Both the position numbers and the translations under genes were made by a program. Under the pieces are notes generated by a model, which made no database searches, had not been told where the DNA came from, and was given only the letters and a program-made list of their open reading frames with translations. A stretch of DNA of 63,680 nt, the filler included, from Lama guanicoe (Eukaryota), in the NCBI GenBank assembly GCA_013239625.1. It is 184 parts of 184 records of this genome, joined end to end, with 100 filler letters (N's around TTAATTAATTAA, not from the genome) between each part and the next. Parts side by side here need not be neighbours in the genome. Positions count along the whole stretch, not along the records: positions 36,719 to 36,964 come from PNXV01047722.1; positions 37,065 to 37,310 come from PNXV01047723.1; positions 37,411 to 37,656 come from PNXV01047724.1; positions 37,757 to 38,003 come from PNXV01047725.1; positions 38,104 to 38,349 come from PNXV01047726.1; positions 38,450 to 38,696 come from PNXV01047727.1; positions 38,797 to 39,043 come from PNXV01047728.1; positions 39,144 to 39,390 come from PNXV01047729.1; 176 more parts are not named here. One strand, 5' to 3'. Of this stretch, positions 36,619 to 48,680 are shown piece by piece. Within the stretch, counting starts at the first letter, position 1, and each line of letters begins with the position of its first letter.

Positions 36619-36718
36619 NNNNNNNNNNNNNNNNNNNNNNNNNNNNNNNNNNNNNNNNNNNNTTAATTAATTAANNNNNNNNNNNNNNNNNNNNNNNNNN
36701 NNNNNNNNNNNNNNNNNN

Positions 36719-36964
36719 CTGTGTTCTGAATTCCATGTTATAAATTCTGTGTTCTACCATGTGTATTGTATTCTATATTCTGTGTTCTACATTCTGTATT
36801 ATATATTTTATATTCTGTATACCACATTCTTTATTCCGTGTTCTGTAATCAATGCCTAATTACTTGGTTCTCTATTCTCTATTCTATATTCTATACATGT
36901 GTTCTGCATTCCATTTTCTGAATTCTGGGTTTTGTATTCTGTATTCTATATTCTCTGTATTACA
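36719..36964 (+). repeat. Degenerate heptamer simple repeat, (TATTCTG/TGTTCTA)n-like
   Basis: Recurrent ATTCTG, GTTCTA and ATTCTA throughout the contig. Confidence 0.85.
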
Positions 36965-37064
36965 NNNNNNNNNNNNNNNNNNNNNNNNNNNNNNNNNNNN
37001 NNNNNNNNTTAATTAATTAANNNNNNNNNNNNNNNNNNNNNNNNNNNNNNNNNNNNNNNNNNNN

Positions 37065-37310
37065 GGTTATTACAAGATATTGAATATAGTTCCCTGTGCT
37101 ACACAGTAGGACCCTGTGGTTTATCTATTTTATATACAGTAGTGTGTGTCTGCTCATCCCAAACTCCTAGTTTAGCCCTCCCCCGCCCCCATCCCCTTTG
37201 GTAACCATGAGTTTGTTTTCTGTGTGAGTCTATTTTTTTTGTAGGTAAGTTTTTATTTGTATTTTTTTTAAAGATTCCACATATAAGTGATATTACATGA
37301 TATTTGTCTT
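37065..37310 (-). mobile_element. L1 3' UTR fragment
   Basis: GGTTATTACAAGATATTGAATATAGTTCCCTGTGCTA...CCCCTTTGGTAACCAT.AGTTTG...AGATTCCACATATAAGTGATAT. Confidence 0.88.
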
Positions 37311-37410
37311 NNNNNNNNNNNNNNNNNNNNNNNNNNNNNNNNNNNNNNNNNNNNTTAATTAATTAANNNNNNNNNNNNNNNNNNNNNNNNNNNNNNNNNN
37401 NNNNNNNNNN

Positions 37411-37656
37411 ACCCCAATGTTCACAGCAGCATTATTTACAGTTGCCAAGATATGGAAGTGACTTAAGTATTAGTCAACAGATGAGCGGATAAAGAAGTTG
37501 TGGTATATATATATATACCTATATATATATATATATATATATATATAGGTATATATATATATACCACAACTTCTTTATCCGCTCATCTGTTGACTAATAC
37601 TTAAGTCACTTCCATATCTTGGCAACTGTAAATAATGCTGCTGTGAACATTGGGGT
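37411..37656. repeat. Perfect 246-bp palindrome: L1 fragment mirrored about a (TA)n tract
   Basis: The contig equals its own reverse complement, with the axis between 37533 and 37534. Confidence 0.97.
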
Positions 37657-37821
37657 NNNNNNNNNNNNNNNNNNNNNNNNNNNNNNNNNNNNNNNNNNNN
37701 TTAATTAATTAANNNNNNNNNNNNNNNNNNNNNNNNNNNNNNNNNNNNNNNNNNNNGTGATGGGACCAGCCCACCTGCCTGCTTTTGTCTCACCTGATTG
37801 TATCCTCTCACTTCCATAAAA

Positions 37822-38003
37822 AAACAGGAGAGAGTGTGGAGAAAAGGGAGCCCTCCTATACTTGTTGGTCAGAGTGTAAACTGGGCAGCCACTATGGAGA
37901 ACAGTATGGAGGTTCCCTTAAAAAACTAAAAACAGAATTATCATATGACCCAGCAATCCCACACCTGGACATATATCTGGAGGGAACTAACTGGAAAAGA
38001 TAT
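37822..38003 (+). mobile_element. L1 ORF2 C-terminal remnant
   Basis: Translation GESVEKREPSYTCWSECKLGSHYGEQYGGSLKKLKTELSYDPAIPHLDIY. Confidence 0.9.
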
Positions 38004-38103
38004 NNNNNNNNNNNNNNNNNNNNNNNNNNNNNNNNNNNNNNNNNNNNTTAATTAATTAANNNNNNNNNNNNNNNNNNNNNNNNNNNNNNNNNNNNNNNNN
38101 NNN

Positions 38104-38349
38104 GCTGCAAATGGCATTATTTCATTTTTTTATGGCTGAGCAGTATTCCATCACATCTTCTTTATCTAATCATCTGTCAGTGGACATCTAGTTTGCTCCT
38201 GTGTCTTGGTTATTGTAAATAGTGCTGCTATGAACACTGGAGCGCATGTGTCTTTTTGAATTATAGTTTTCTCTGGATATATGCCCAGAAATAGTGTTGC
38301 TGGTAAATCTATTTTTAGTTTTTTAAGGAATCTCCATACTGTTTTCCAT
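38104..38349 (-). mobile_element. L1 ORF2 end / 3' UTR remnant
   Basis: GCTGCAAATGGCATTATTTCATT...ATTGTAAATAGTGCTGCTATGAACA...CTCCATACTGTTTTCCAT. Confidence 0.9.
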
Positions 38350-38449
38350 NNNNNNNNNNNNNNNNNNNNNNNNNNNNNNNNNNNNNNNNNNNNTTAATTA
38401 ATTAANNNNNNNNNNNNNNNNNNNNNNNNNNNNNNNNNNNNNNNNNNNN

Positions 38450-38696
38450 GCCGTCCTTCACCTAGCTTGAAGGGAGCACATAGTTTCTTTTCAGTTGCAA
38501 ACTCCACTACATACAAATATATGGGGTGGTACAATATGAAACTCAGTTTTACAGTGAAACCGCAGGTACTTCAAAACGGCACTAGGAAACAGACTGCGAA
38601 ATCAGAATAATTGTTTCTCCTCCAACCCGTTCCCTTTGTGCTGGAACAACGAACGTCTCTCCACATGCTCAATTCTGAGAGATAACTGTGTGTGAA
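38450..38696 (+). repeat. ~250-bp satellite monomer, copy 4
   Basis: Starts GCCGTCCTTCACC and ends GTGTGTGAA, two motifs that are adjacent in copy 1. Confidence 0.85.
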
Positions 38697-40878
38697 NNNN
38701 NNNNNNNNNNNNNNNNNNNNNNNNNNNNNNNNNNNNNNNNTTAATTAATTAANNNNNNNNNNNNNNNNNNNNNNNNNNNNNNNNNNNNNNNNNNNNATAC
38801 CATGTGTATTTTTAATAATTAGTATTAGTTAATTAAACAAAGTGTCGTTTATTTGCCCACATTTAAGGTATTTATATACACCTGTAGCTAGAAATTGTTA
38901 TTCAATCTATGCTCTAAATATTTATTTTTCATTAAAGTTAGTGGTCCACACCATTCCCTGCTCATGTCAGAGACCCTGAAGATGACATATAAATAGGACC
39001 TTGGGGACAGATTGCTTACACTACCTTGTCTCCGCTTGCTTCANNNNNNNNNNNNNNNNNNNNNNNNNNNNNNNNNNNNNNNNNNNNTTAATTAATTAAN
39101 NNNNNNNNNNNNNNNNNNNNNNNNNNNNNNNNNNNNNNNNNNNATCTGGTGTCCTTTCTACTATGTCATATGTTACCATTCTTATTTGTTTCATCTTGGA
39201 AAAACTGAGGTGGCCCAGTTATCTGATGTTATGTCCCTACACTGGTCATATGTAGCCTTTAAAAACGAACAATATCAAGGGATTGGCTCAGCTGGCTTTG
39301 AAGGCTATTTTTTTTTTCTCTTATAATTTCTTGAGTTCTAATCAGGTAAATGAATCACTCATTTAATATAAGGAATCTTGAAACAGGTAANNNNNNNNNN
39401 NNNNNNNNNNNNNNNNNNNNNNNNNNNNNNNNNNTTAATTAATTAANNNNNNNNNNNNNNNNNNNNNNNNNNNNNNNNNNNNNNNNNNNNATGGTGGATG
39501 GAAAAATGAGGCTGAAATATGACCATCAGCACCAGGCCTGCGTGGGAAAGATGACAGGGGTGCTGTACAAGGCACACCCAGCCTCCTTCCCAGTCACGTC
39601 ATGCTCATGTCCCCAGGGACCAGGGAGGCCTGGACCCTCAGACAGCAAAGCGCATCTGAACCCGCAGGTGCCCAGTGACTGGTTCAGTGTGCACCCCTCT
39701 GGCACCTTCCTCACTGCTCCTCTTACCCCTGCCCCCCNNNNNNNNNNNNNNNNNNNNNNNNNNNNNNNNNNNNNNNNNNNNTTAATTAATTAANNNNNNN
39801 NNNNNNNNNNNNNNNNNNNNNNNNNNNNNNNNNNNNNACAGAGCTTTTGCACGAGGTCCCTGCTTCTCAGAGTGAGATCCAGGGGTAGTTGCGGATTTGC
39901 ATCAGGAATCCGCGTGTTAACAGGGTCCCGTGGTGATCCTGTGCACATCATAGTCTGAGAAGCCCCAGGCTGGCTGACCTCTGGGCATCCTTCCAGCTCT
40001 GCAACGTGGTGATCCCTGTTTGGGGTGCAAGACCTTAACATTTATTGACCCCCTTCTAAGTGTCAGGACGGGGAACCCCCATCTNNNNNNNNNNNNNNNN
40101 NNNNNNNNNNNNNNNNNNNNNNNNNNNNTTAATTAATTAANNNNNNNNNNNNNNNNNNNNNNNNNNNNNNNNNNNNNNNNNNNNAGCGGTGAGCAAGGAG
40201 GAAACCCAGTGGAGCCTCTCATCTTCCCAACTCGGAGTCCGCATTCTGTGAAGATATTCGTGGGAGCGGATAGTTTGAAAAGGGTGAGGATGGGTGTAGG
40301 CAAACACTACAGAGTTCTGGAGTATTTTTCTAGTGTCACTTGGGAAACAACTGAAGAATGTGAATGATAGTTTTTATTTCTATCTTTCCATTTCTAGTTT
40401 TTCATTTTCACAGTCACTCTGGGCTTGAAGANNNNNNNNNNNNNNNNNNNNNNNNNNNNNNNNNNNNNNNNNNNNTTAATTAATTAANNNNNNNNNNNNN
40501 NNNNNNNNNNNNNNNNNNNNNNNNNNNNNNNAATTCAATTTTATACCTATTATGAGGCCATAATTCCATCAGGCCACAAACTTTTTCCTGGACTCAGAGT
40601 TACCATATTAAAGTATTTGGTCACATATAACAGCATCATAAAACCAATCCCACTGAGTAAAATTGTGTATAAAACTAGAATACAAAGGGAAGACCGGAAA
40701 ATATTTCAAACTGTCATTTGGACCAATATTGTGTCTTTAATTTCCCTTCAGGGTCCATAATTTTCTGAACTATGAGAANNNNNNNNNNNNNNNNNNNNNN
40801 NNNNNNNNNNNNNNNNNNNNNNTTAATTAATTAANNNNNNNNNNNNNNNNNNNNNNNNNNNNNNNNNNNNNNNNNNNN

Positions 40879-41050
40879 CTTCGCTCCAGGGTGACCCCGC
40901 TGCCGTTCCGGGCGCCTTCCTTCCTGTGCCAGTCCTTCTCCGTGTAAAATTCCGCCAGCTCGGGGCAGTGTTCGGAAGCCACTCTGCCCCAGGACCAGTT
41001 ATCTGGAATCCAAGGGTTCGTGAGGCCCTCTCTCACGACAGCCCAGTGGC
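40879..41050 (-). CDS. Candidate coding exon (5' part), protein not recognised
   Basis: Strong acceptor tttcttttccctctgcctcag, then open frame HWAVVREGLTNPWIPDNWSWGRVASEHCPELAEFYTEKDWHRKEGARNGSGVTLER with GC3-rich codons and retained CpGs. Confidence 0.5.
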
Positions 41051-41919
41051 CTGAGGCAGAGGGAAAAGAAACCAGGGGTCAGGATATAGGGGATGGGGGA
41101 TGTGAGGGCGGGGTGTCACAGGCTGNNNNNNNNNNNNNNNNNNNNNNNNNNNNNNNNNNNNNNNNNNNNTTAATTAATTAANNNNNNNNNNNNNNNNNNN
41201 NNNNNNNNNNNNNNNNNNNNNNNNNACTTCCCAGCCCAATTCAACGCATTCTTCCCTGCAGACTCAGAGTGATCCTTCTGATACATAACTCTGATCATTA
41301 TAGTCTTGTACATTAAACTCCCCAATGTCTAAATATTTCCTTCAAATTATTTGAAAAATACATGCATTTCTACCAATCACTGCTGATCCCTTTTCCTGAC
41401 TTCTTCCCTCACTTCTATTCCCATTTTGCCTGGAAAACTCCAGAATAGGCTTCAAACCAAAATCAAGTGATTNNNNNNNNNNNNNNNNNNNNNNNNNNNN
41501 NNNNNNNNNNNNNNNNTTAATTAATTAANNNNNNNNNNNNNNNNNNNNNNNNNNNNNNNNNNNNNNNNNNNNAAGAGTTAAGTTAAATAATTTGAACCTG
41601 GCTGGTGCAGTGAGCATAGCCATACGTTTCAAGAATAAATCACAAAAGAAACAAGAAAGAATTATGTGTAAATCCTCATGCACTGGGTTTTGTGCCATAT
41701 TGAGTCCCAGTTGAAATAAAATTATTTTTTGTTACCATTCTAAATGAAGAAATGTAAATTTTTTTACTTTAATTTTTTTACTTTAAATATGTGCACTCTT
41801 GAAGAATGTTATAGAATATNNNNNNNNNNNNNNNNNNNNNNNNNNNNNNNNNNNNNNNNNNNNTTAATTAATTAANNNNNNNNNNNNNNNNNNNNNNNNN
41901 NNNNNNNNNNNNNNNNNNN

Positions 41920-42166
41920 CTCGGAGAACTTGCTCCAAGGGGACGGACGGGGAGCTGGGTCTTGGCTCAGAGCGGAGACGGGGCTGTCCCTCGGTCTTCC
42001 CTGAGCCCGCCCGTGGAGCGCGGCCAGGGGAGCGCGACCAGGGCGGAGCGCGCAGCCGCATAGAGCAGCGGAGCTACCGGTAGAGCAGGTAGAGGAGAGC
42101 GGCCCCCCACGCCTGTCGGGCAGGAACACAACCCCTGACCGAGGTGCTGGGGGGGGCACGACCCGC
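41920..42166. promoter_or_regulatory. CpG-island-like fragment
   Basis: High GC with many CpGs and no recognisable coding frame. Confidence 0.5.
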
Positions 42167-43654
42167 NNNNNNNNNNNNNNNNNNNNNNNNNNNNNNNNNN
42201 NNNNNNNNNNTTAATTAATTAANNNNNNNNNNNNNNNNNNNNNNNNNNNNNNNNNNNNNNNNNNNNCTTGTGTAATTGACATTTAACAAAATTATTTGTA
42301 GATTATGTTTACTAGTTCTATGGGTATTCATCTACGCATTTCAAAATTTGTTTTCTGTTGTTCTTTATTCTCAACCTTGGCTTTTAAAATTTCTATTCCC
42401 ACATTTATTTTATGATATATTATGTTTTATACATTCTAATAAGTCTCCTGAAATATTCCTGGGAAAAGGCAGGATAAAGTTAGTTAAATAACTAGTTAGA
42501 TTTTAGAGATACANNNNNNNNNNNNNNNNNNNNNNNNNNNNNNNNNNNNNNNNNNNNTTAATTAATTAANNNNNNNNNNNNNNNNNNNNNNNNNNNNNNN
42601 NNNNNNNNNNNNNCTCCTCAAAGGTACCTAGAAGGAAGGCCGTTCAGCCCCGGGGCCCCGGGGCTGGGAGGCGGGGCTTCAGATTCCAGCCCTGCCCTGA
42701 ACTCCGGGTGGCCTCGGTGAGGTGCCCCGCCTCCGAGTGTGTGCTCGGCTGCACACAGATCACTGCAGCAGCATCTCTGTGGCTCCTGGTTCTTCCCATC
42801 TGTTAGAAGAGTATGGTATTTACACTGCTGGATGGGGTCTGAGGAAGGAGAACCCAGCAGNNNNNNNNNNNNNNNNNNNNNNNNNNNNNNNNNNNNNNNN
42901 NNNNTTAATTAATTAANNNNNNNNNNNNNNNNNNNNNNNNNNNNNNNNNNNNNNNNNNNNTGTTTATGTCTGAAATTAAAACCACAAGAATTGAAAGGAA
43001 GAAAAAATACCCAAGGGGGTTTTCAAAAATTAAAAACTCCATCATGCATAAATGGAGCTCATCAAAGAAAGTAATTTCTGTGCAGAAAACACTCTATCTT
43101 TTGTCTTATGTAAGTTATCAAGATGAATAGTTTATTCTCAATGAAACTGCCTTTTCCTCTTTGTGTTTCATAGTTTTCATTTTGTGTCTCAAGTAAATAA
43201 ACTTCCTNNNNNNNNNNNNNNNNNNNNNNNNNNNNNNNNNNNNNNNNNNNNTTAATTAATTAANNNNNNNNNNNNNNNNNNNNNNNNNNNNNNNNNNNNN
43301 NNNNNNNCCTTTGCAAAATGTCTCAACAATTTCAATATGCTTACATTTTGACACAGAAAATTTTCTTTTAGAAATTTATCCTAAGAAGATGGTTAGACAT
43401 GGTCTCAAAAATACATTCAAGGATGTATCTTGAATTGTGGTTTATAGAAGCAAAGAGTGGAAACAATCTCAATGCTACAATCACTGTAATGATGGTCACT
43501 GTGAGTAGAGGAGCACTGACTATGTCTCAGGCAGTCATTCCATGTGATTTACATNNNNNNNNNNNNNNNNNNNNNNNNNNNNNNNNNNNNNNNNNNNNTT
43601 AATTAATTAANNNNNNNNNNNNNNNNNNNNNNNNNNNNNNNNNNNNNNNNNNNN

Positions 43655-43901
43655 AAGGTTATCAGCTGATTTTTCAGCAGAAACTCTACAGTCCAGAAGG
43701 GAGTGGCACAATATACTTAAAGTCATGCAAGGGGGGAACTTAACAACCAATACAAGGCTCTTGTTCAGACTTGACAGAGAAATCAGAAGCTTCATCGATA
43801 AACAAAAGCCGGAAGATTTCAGCACCACCAAACCAGCTTTATAACAAATGTTAAAGGATCTTCTGTAGTCATCAAACCATCAAAAAAAAAAAGCACAAAA
43901 A
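43655..43901 (+). mobile_element. L1 ORF1 C-terminal remnant
   Basis: Translation RLSADFSAETLQSRREWHNILKVMQG, later CAGCACCACCAAACCAGCTTTA.AACAAATGTTAAAGG. Confidence 0.88.
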
Positions 43902-44001
43902 NNNNNNNNNNNNNNNNNNNNNNNNNNNNNNNNNNNNNNNNNNNNTTAATTAATTAANNNNNNNNNNNNNNNNNNNNNNNNNNNNNNNNNNNNNNNNNNN
44001 N

Positions 44002-44248
44002 AATATATTAGTTCAGGTGTACAGCATGGAAATTATATATTTTTATAGTTTATACTGCATACAAAGCTATTATAAAATAGTGACTCTTTTCCTTTTGCTA
44101 TGCATTAGGTCTTTTTGTATCTTGTTTTATGCATAGTAGCTTGTAATTCCATAATCCTTTATATTAGCTTTGCCCCGCGCCACACCCCTCTTTCCTGACA
44201 ACCAACAGTCCGTTCTCTGTATCTGTGAGTCTGTTTCTGCTTTGTTAT
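44002..44248 (-). mobile_element. L1 3' end remnant
   Basis: AATATATTAGTTCAGGTGTACAGCAT...GTTCTCTGTATCTGTGAGTCTGTTTCTG.TTTGTTAT. Confidence 0.75.
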
Positions 44249-44702
44249 NNNNNNNNNNNNNNNNNNNNNNNNNNNNNNNNNNNNNNNNNNNNTTAATTAA
44301 TTAANNNNNNNNNNNNNNNNNNNNNNNNNNNNNNNNNNNNNNNNNNNNTGGGGAAGAAAGAGCAGCGCGCAATCCTGCCTATTTTTTGTTCATGATAGTT
44401 TCATGACACATATCCAGCATTTCAAATGACTTCTTTAATTTTAGTTTTCATAACTGAGTCAGACGGAGGCTAAAATCTACCGCAATCATGCCAAAAGGTT
44501 TTTTTCCTTAATTTCTATCATTCTACCATTAATATTGGCTATTTGATTTTTTCCATTTCCCTCACATTTTAATAAAACAAAGACACGATGCAATANNNNN
44601 NNNNNNNNNNNNNNNNNNNNNNNNNNNNNNNNNNNNNNNTTAATTAATTAANNNNNNNNNNNNNNNNNNNNNNNNNNNNNNNNNNNNNNNNNNNNACGCA
44701 CG

Positions 44703-44762
44703 GCTCACACCGTCACCACGCAGCTCACACCATCACTGCACAGCAAATGCCATCACTGCACA
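44703..44762 (+). repeat. Short tandem repeat, 3 x 20 bp
   Basis: GCTCACACCGTCACCACGCA / GCTCACACCATCACTGCACA / GCAAATGCCATCACTGCACA. Confidence 0.75.
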
Positions 44763-45042
44763 GTGAACACTGGGGCTAGCTTGCCCATGCTCCTTTACCG
44801 AAGAGGTATCTGGGAAGGTGTCACCTCAGTCGGTATCCTAAGCCAATGCAGAGATAAGACTTTCCAGCCTGGTCCTGCCACACTGCTCTTTGACCCCTAG
44901 ATCCCTCTTGGGGCTTCACGAGGTCAGAACCTCAAACAAGCANNNNNNNNNNNNNNNNNNNNNNNNNNNNNNNNNNNNNNNNNNNNTTAATTAATTAANN
45001 NNNNNNNNNNNNNNNNNNNNNNNNNNNNNNNNNNNNNNNNNN

Positions 45043-45289
45043 AAGAAGGTAAAAGATATGCACTCAGAAAACTGTAACAAAAGAAAGATAAAAGATAGTG
45101 ATAAAAGAAAGTGAAAATAACACAAACAAATGGAAAGATATACTGTGCTCATGAATTGGAAGAATTAATACTGTTAAAGTGTCCATACTCCCCAAGGCAA
45201 TCTACAGAAGATGCAATCCCTATCAAAATACCAATGGCATTTTTCATAGAACCAGAACAAATAATTCTGAAATTTATATGGAAACACAA
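45043..45289 (+). mobile_element. L1 ORF2 remnant (post-RT)
   Basis: Translation includes AIPIKIPMAFFIEPEQIILKFIWKH. Confidence 0.9.
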
Positions 45290-45421
45290 NNNNNNNNNNN
45301 NNNNNNNNNNNNNNNNNNNNNNNNNNNNNNNNNTTAATTAATTAANNNNNNNNNNNNNNNNNNNNNNNNNNNNNNNNNNNNNNNNNNNNTTAGAATTAGC
45401 CATACCAATTTTTTTTTTTTG

Positions 45422-45600
45422 AGTAAAAGTAGATTTACGCAGTGAGATACTCTGTAGACAGTGCAGGATGTCTCAGAAGCCAAGAGAAAGGCCATGAAGT
45501 GTGGGGGGAACTGGGTGCTCAGGTTACAGTAAAAGTAGATACACACTCCGTAGACAGAGTGCGGACCATCTCAGAAGGGGAGGGAGGGAGAGGCCGCCAC
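45422..45600. mobile_element. Two tandem copies of an LTR-like segment
   Basis: AGTAAAAGTAGAT...ACTC.GTAGACAG..TGC.G...TCTCAGAAG...AG.GGCC occurs at ~45422 and ~45528. Confidence 0.55.
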
Positions 45601-45863
45601 CCAATTCTAAGTAGTCTTTAAAAATACAAGACAGTTNNNNNNNNNNNNNNNNNNNNNNNNNNNNNNNNNNNNNNNNNNNNTTAATTAATTAANNNNNNNN
45701 NNNNNNNNNNNNNNNNNNNNNNNNNNNNNNNNNNNNTAAAAGTTGAAAACCATCTCAGTCACATATGAATATTGAGTATCTGAAATATAAAACACACAAA
45801 AGCAATATGTGTCCCAGCTGGCAAAGCTTTGGCAAAACCAAAACTTCAGTAGTGTCCTGACAC

Positions 45864-45976
45864 TTTGGTGAACTGATCATTTGGAATGTTGACTTTGGGT
45901 GAATTGGTTTTCAGTGGCTTAACTTTTAGCAAATTAATTTACGGAGATGAGATTTTTGGTACATTGGACTGTTTCC
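45864..45976 (+). repeat. Degenerate 15-bp periodic array (~7 units)
   Basis: tttggtgaactgatc(a)/tttggaatgttgact/ttgggtgaattggtt/ttcagtggcttaact/tttagcaaattaatt/tacggagatgagatt/tttggtacattggac, then tgtttcc. Confidence 0.6.
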
Positions 45977-48512
45977 TTCTTTCNNNNNNNNNNNNNNNNN
46001 NNNNNNNNNNNNNNNNNNNNNNNNNNNTTAATTAATTAANNNNNNNNNNNNNNNNNNNNNNNNNNNNNNNNNNNNNNNNNNNNCATAGTGAATGCCTAAT
46101 ATGCCCAGGGCCACTCATTATCTGGAAATATATATTACATAATAATGCTTGCATGAATTATAATTCAGGTGCTAGCAAATATTCTACAATGTAAAAAATA
46201 CATATGTAATATTATATAAAATATAATTCTTATATTTATATGATTACATATATTTTATATAATGTTATATATATCATACACAATACTTACCAGTACCTGA
46301 GTTATAATTCAAGACCCCCAGCATCTCATTNNNNNNNNNNNNNNNNNNNNNNNNNNNNNNNNNNNNNNNNNNNNTTAATTAATTAANNNNNNNNNNNNNN
46401 NNNNNNNNNNNNNNNNNNNNNNNNNNNNNNTGAATGCTTCAGGGCTGGATCCCATTCAGATATAAACCCTCCTATTTGGCGACCTTCATGGAGGCTAAGA
46501 AATCACTGTTCTCCACAGGTAAGTCTGGCCATTCTGAAAATCAAGAGCTCATAAGAAATACTGCTTGTTTTCTTACTGTTTGGAACACAAGATGGAATTA
46601 GTAGTGACTATAAGAATTGCCAGATTGGGACCAAACAGGAGGCAGACAAAGTCCAGACTCCTTCTGCCAAAGACAGCNNNNNNNNNNNNNNNNNNNNNNN
46701 NNNNNNNNNNNNNNNNNNNNNTTAATTAATTAANNNNNNNNNNNNNNNNNNNNNNNNNNNNNNNNNNNNNNNNNNNNCATAATTTAATATTTTTAATATA
46801 TTGGGAACAAGTGTAACATTTTTATATTATTATATTCTAATGATATGCGCAGTACATTACCCTGCTCCTAGAGTCACGCTTTGCCTGATCCTCAGTTTGC
46901 CTGGCCTGGGATGTGGCGGGATGCTTTACAGCAGATGCCCAGGACAGCACACATGCTTTGCATAATGAATAACTCAGCCCTGATAACGTATCTGTTCAGT
47001 GTCACAGTCCAGCCAGGCAAGTTGNNNNNNNNNNNNNNNNNNNNNNNNNNNNNNNNNNNNNNNNNNNNTTAATTAATTAANNNNNNNNNNNNNNNNNNNN
47101 NNNNNNNNNNNNNNNNNNNNNNNNTTTAAAGCTCCATTTTCAGAAACTAAGGCAATTAGTTATGGCAGTTCATTTATCTCCCAAAGCTAATTTTGACATA
47201 AAAACATCAAGTTCAAAGTCCCAAACCATGTGTCCTGTCCTTAGGCCTGAAAATTGTTCAGTGTTTCATAAAGCCAAGGTCAGTCAGCTGGTGCCTCAGG
47301 ATGGTATCAGCTCACTGATGATACTCAGCTTTAGCTGGAGACCAGTTTTCCTCTGACCTCAATACTACAGTNNNNNNNNNNNNNNNNNNNNNNNNNNNNN
47401 NNNNNNNNNNNNNNNTTAATTAATTAANNNNNNNNNNNNNNNNNNNNNNNNNNNNNNNNNNNNNNNNNNNNTTTTATGGTGATATATTAGCTTCATATAC
47501 TCTAAATCCATTTGTATGCTCACATTTGTGATGCAATATATGGATCACAAATAGCTCATTAAACTTTCTACCTTTAAGAAAATGGGGTGAGGTTATGACC
47601 ATGTACCTTATCGTTGACATTGCAATGAGACCAAAGGGAGAAGGGAGGAATTGTCATAGTGCCAAAACCGGAACATAAGGTTAGTAGCTTTTTAATCCAC
47701 TTACTCTCCAAAAGTTATNNNNNNNNNNNNNNNNNNNNNNNNNNNNNNNNNNNNNNNNNNNNTTAATTAATTAANNNNNNNNNNNNNNNNNNNNNNNNNN
47801 NNNNNNNNNNNNNNNNNNCCCCCAGGGCACATCAGCCATGTTGTTTTATGGAGGGCCCAGGTTGTTCAGCCCTGTGCACCCACAGCCATGGCGGCAGCCC
47901 CCTGCAGCCCACCAGGGCTGCCTCTGTGCAGCCGTCCCAGTCCTCAGCCTGGCTCTGGCTGCCTGGCCCTGCCCCCAGATGCCGGGCTGCGTCTCGGGCT
48001 GGGTGTTGTGGGGACCCTCTGTGCCTGTTTAACTTAGTTCTGTCGGTCAAGGGCTGCTCTGTACANNNNNNNNNNNNNNNNNNNNNNNNNNNNNNNNNNN
48101 NNNNNNNNNTTAATTAATTAANNNNNNNNNNNNNNNNNNNNNNNNNNNNNNNNNNNNNNNNNNNNATTGATTATTGATTATTGATTATTAATGTCTATGA
48201 CAGGCATTGATTATTGATTATCAATGCCTATCACAGGCATGATATTGCCTGTGATTAAGGCACTGGCTACAGTGGAGATCTGCCTATGAATCAGGGTAGC
48301 CCCCACAGCTCACTGGTTTCCTTACAGGACATAATCCCCATAATGGATCAGCAGTTACCAACTCACTTGGCAGGCTGGGTTTCATTAAAGTCTATTTGGA
48401 GTATGTGACAGTNNNNNNNNNNNNNNNNNNNNNNNNNNNNNNNNNNNNNNNNNNNNTTAATTAATTAANNNNNNNNNNNNNNNNNNNNNNNNNNNNNNNN
48501 NNNNNNNNNNNN

Positions 48513-48680
48513 TCCCGTTCCTTGGTTCGTGAGCCGGGGCCAGTTCACGGGGCGCGCCCCATGGCGCCGTGGTGACTCCCTCGGGCGACGAGTGTCACGT
48601 CGCAGTGACGCGTGCGAGGGCGCGCACTCGGCGTTCGCCGTCTCCAGGCCCTGGAAACCCAGGCATCGGTGCGAAACCCA
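48513..48680. promoter_or_regulatory. CpG-rich fragment with CRE/E-box-like half sites
   Basis: Dense CpG. Contains GTCACGTCGCAGTGACGCGTG. Confidence 0.4.

Noticed and set aside
46431..46524. Strong donor CAG|gtaagt with upstream open frames
   Set aside because: Two alternative short frames, neither recognisable. Insufficient for a CDS call.
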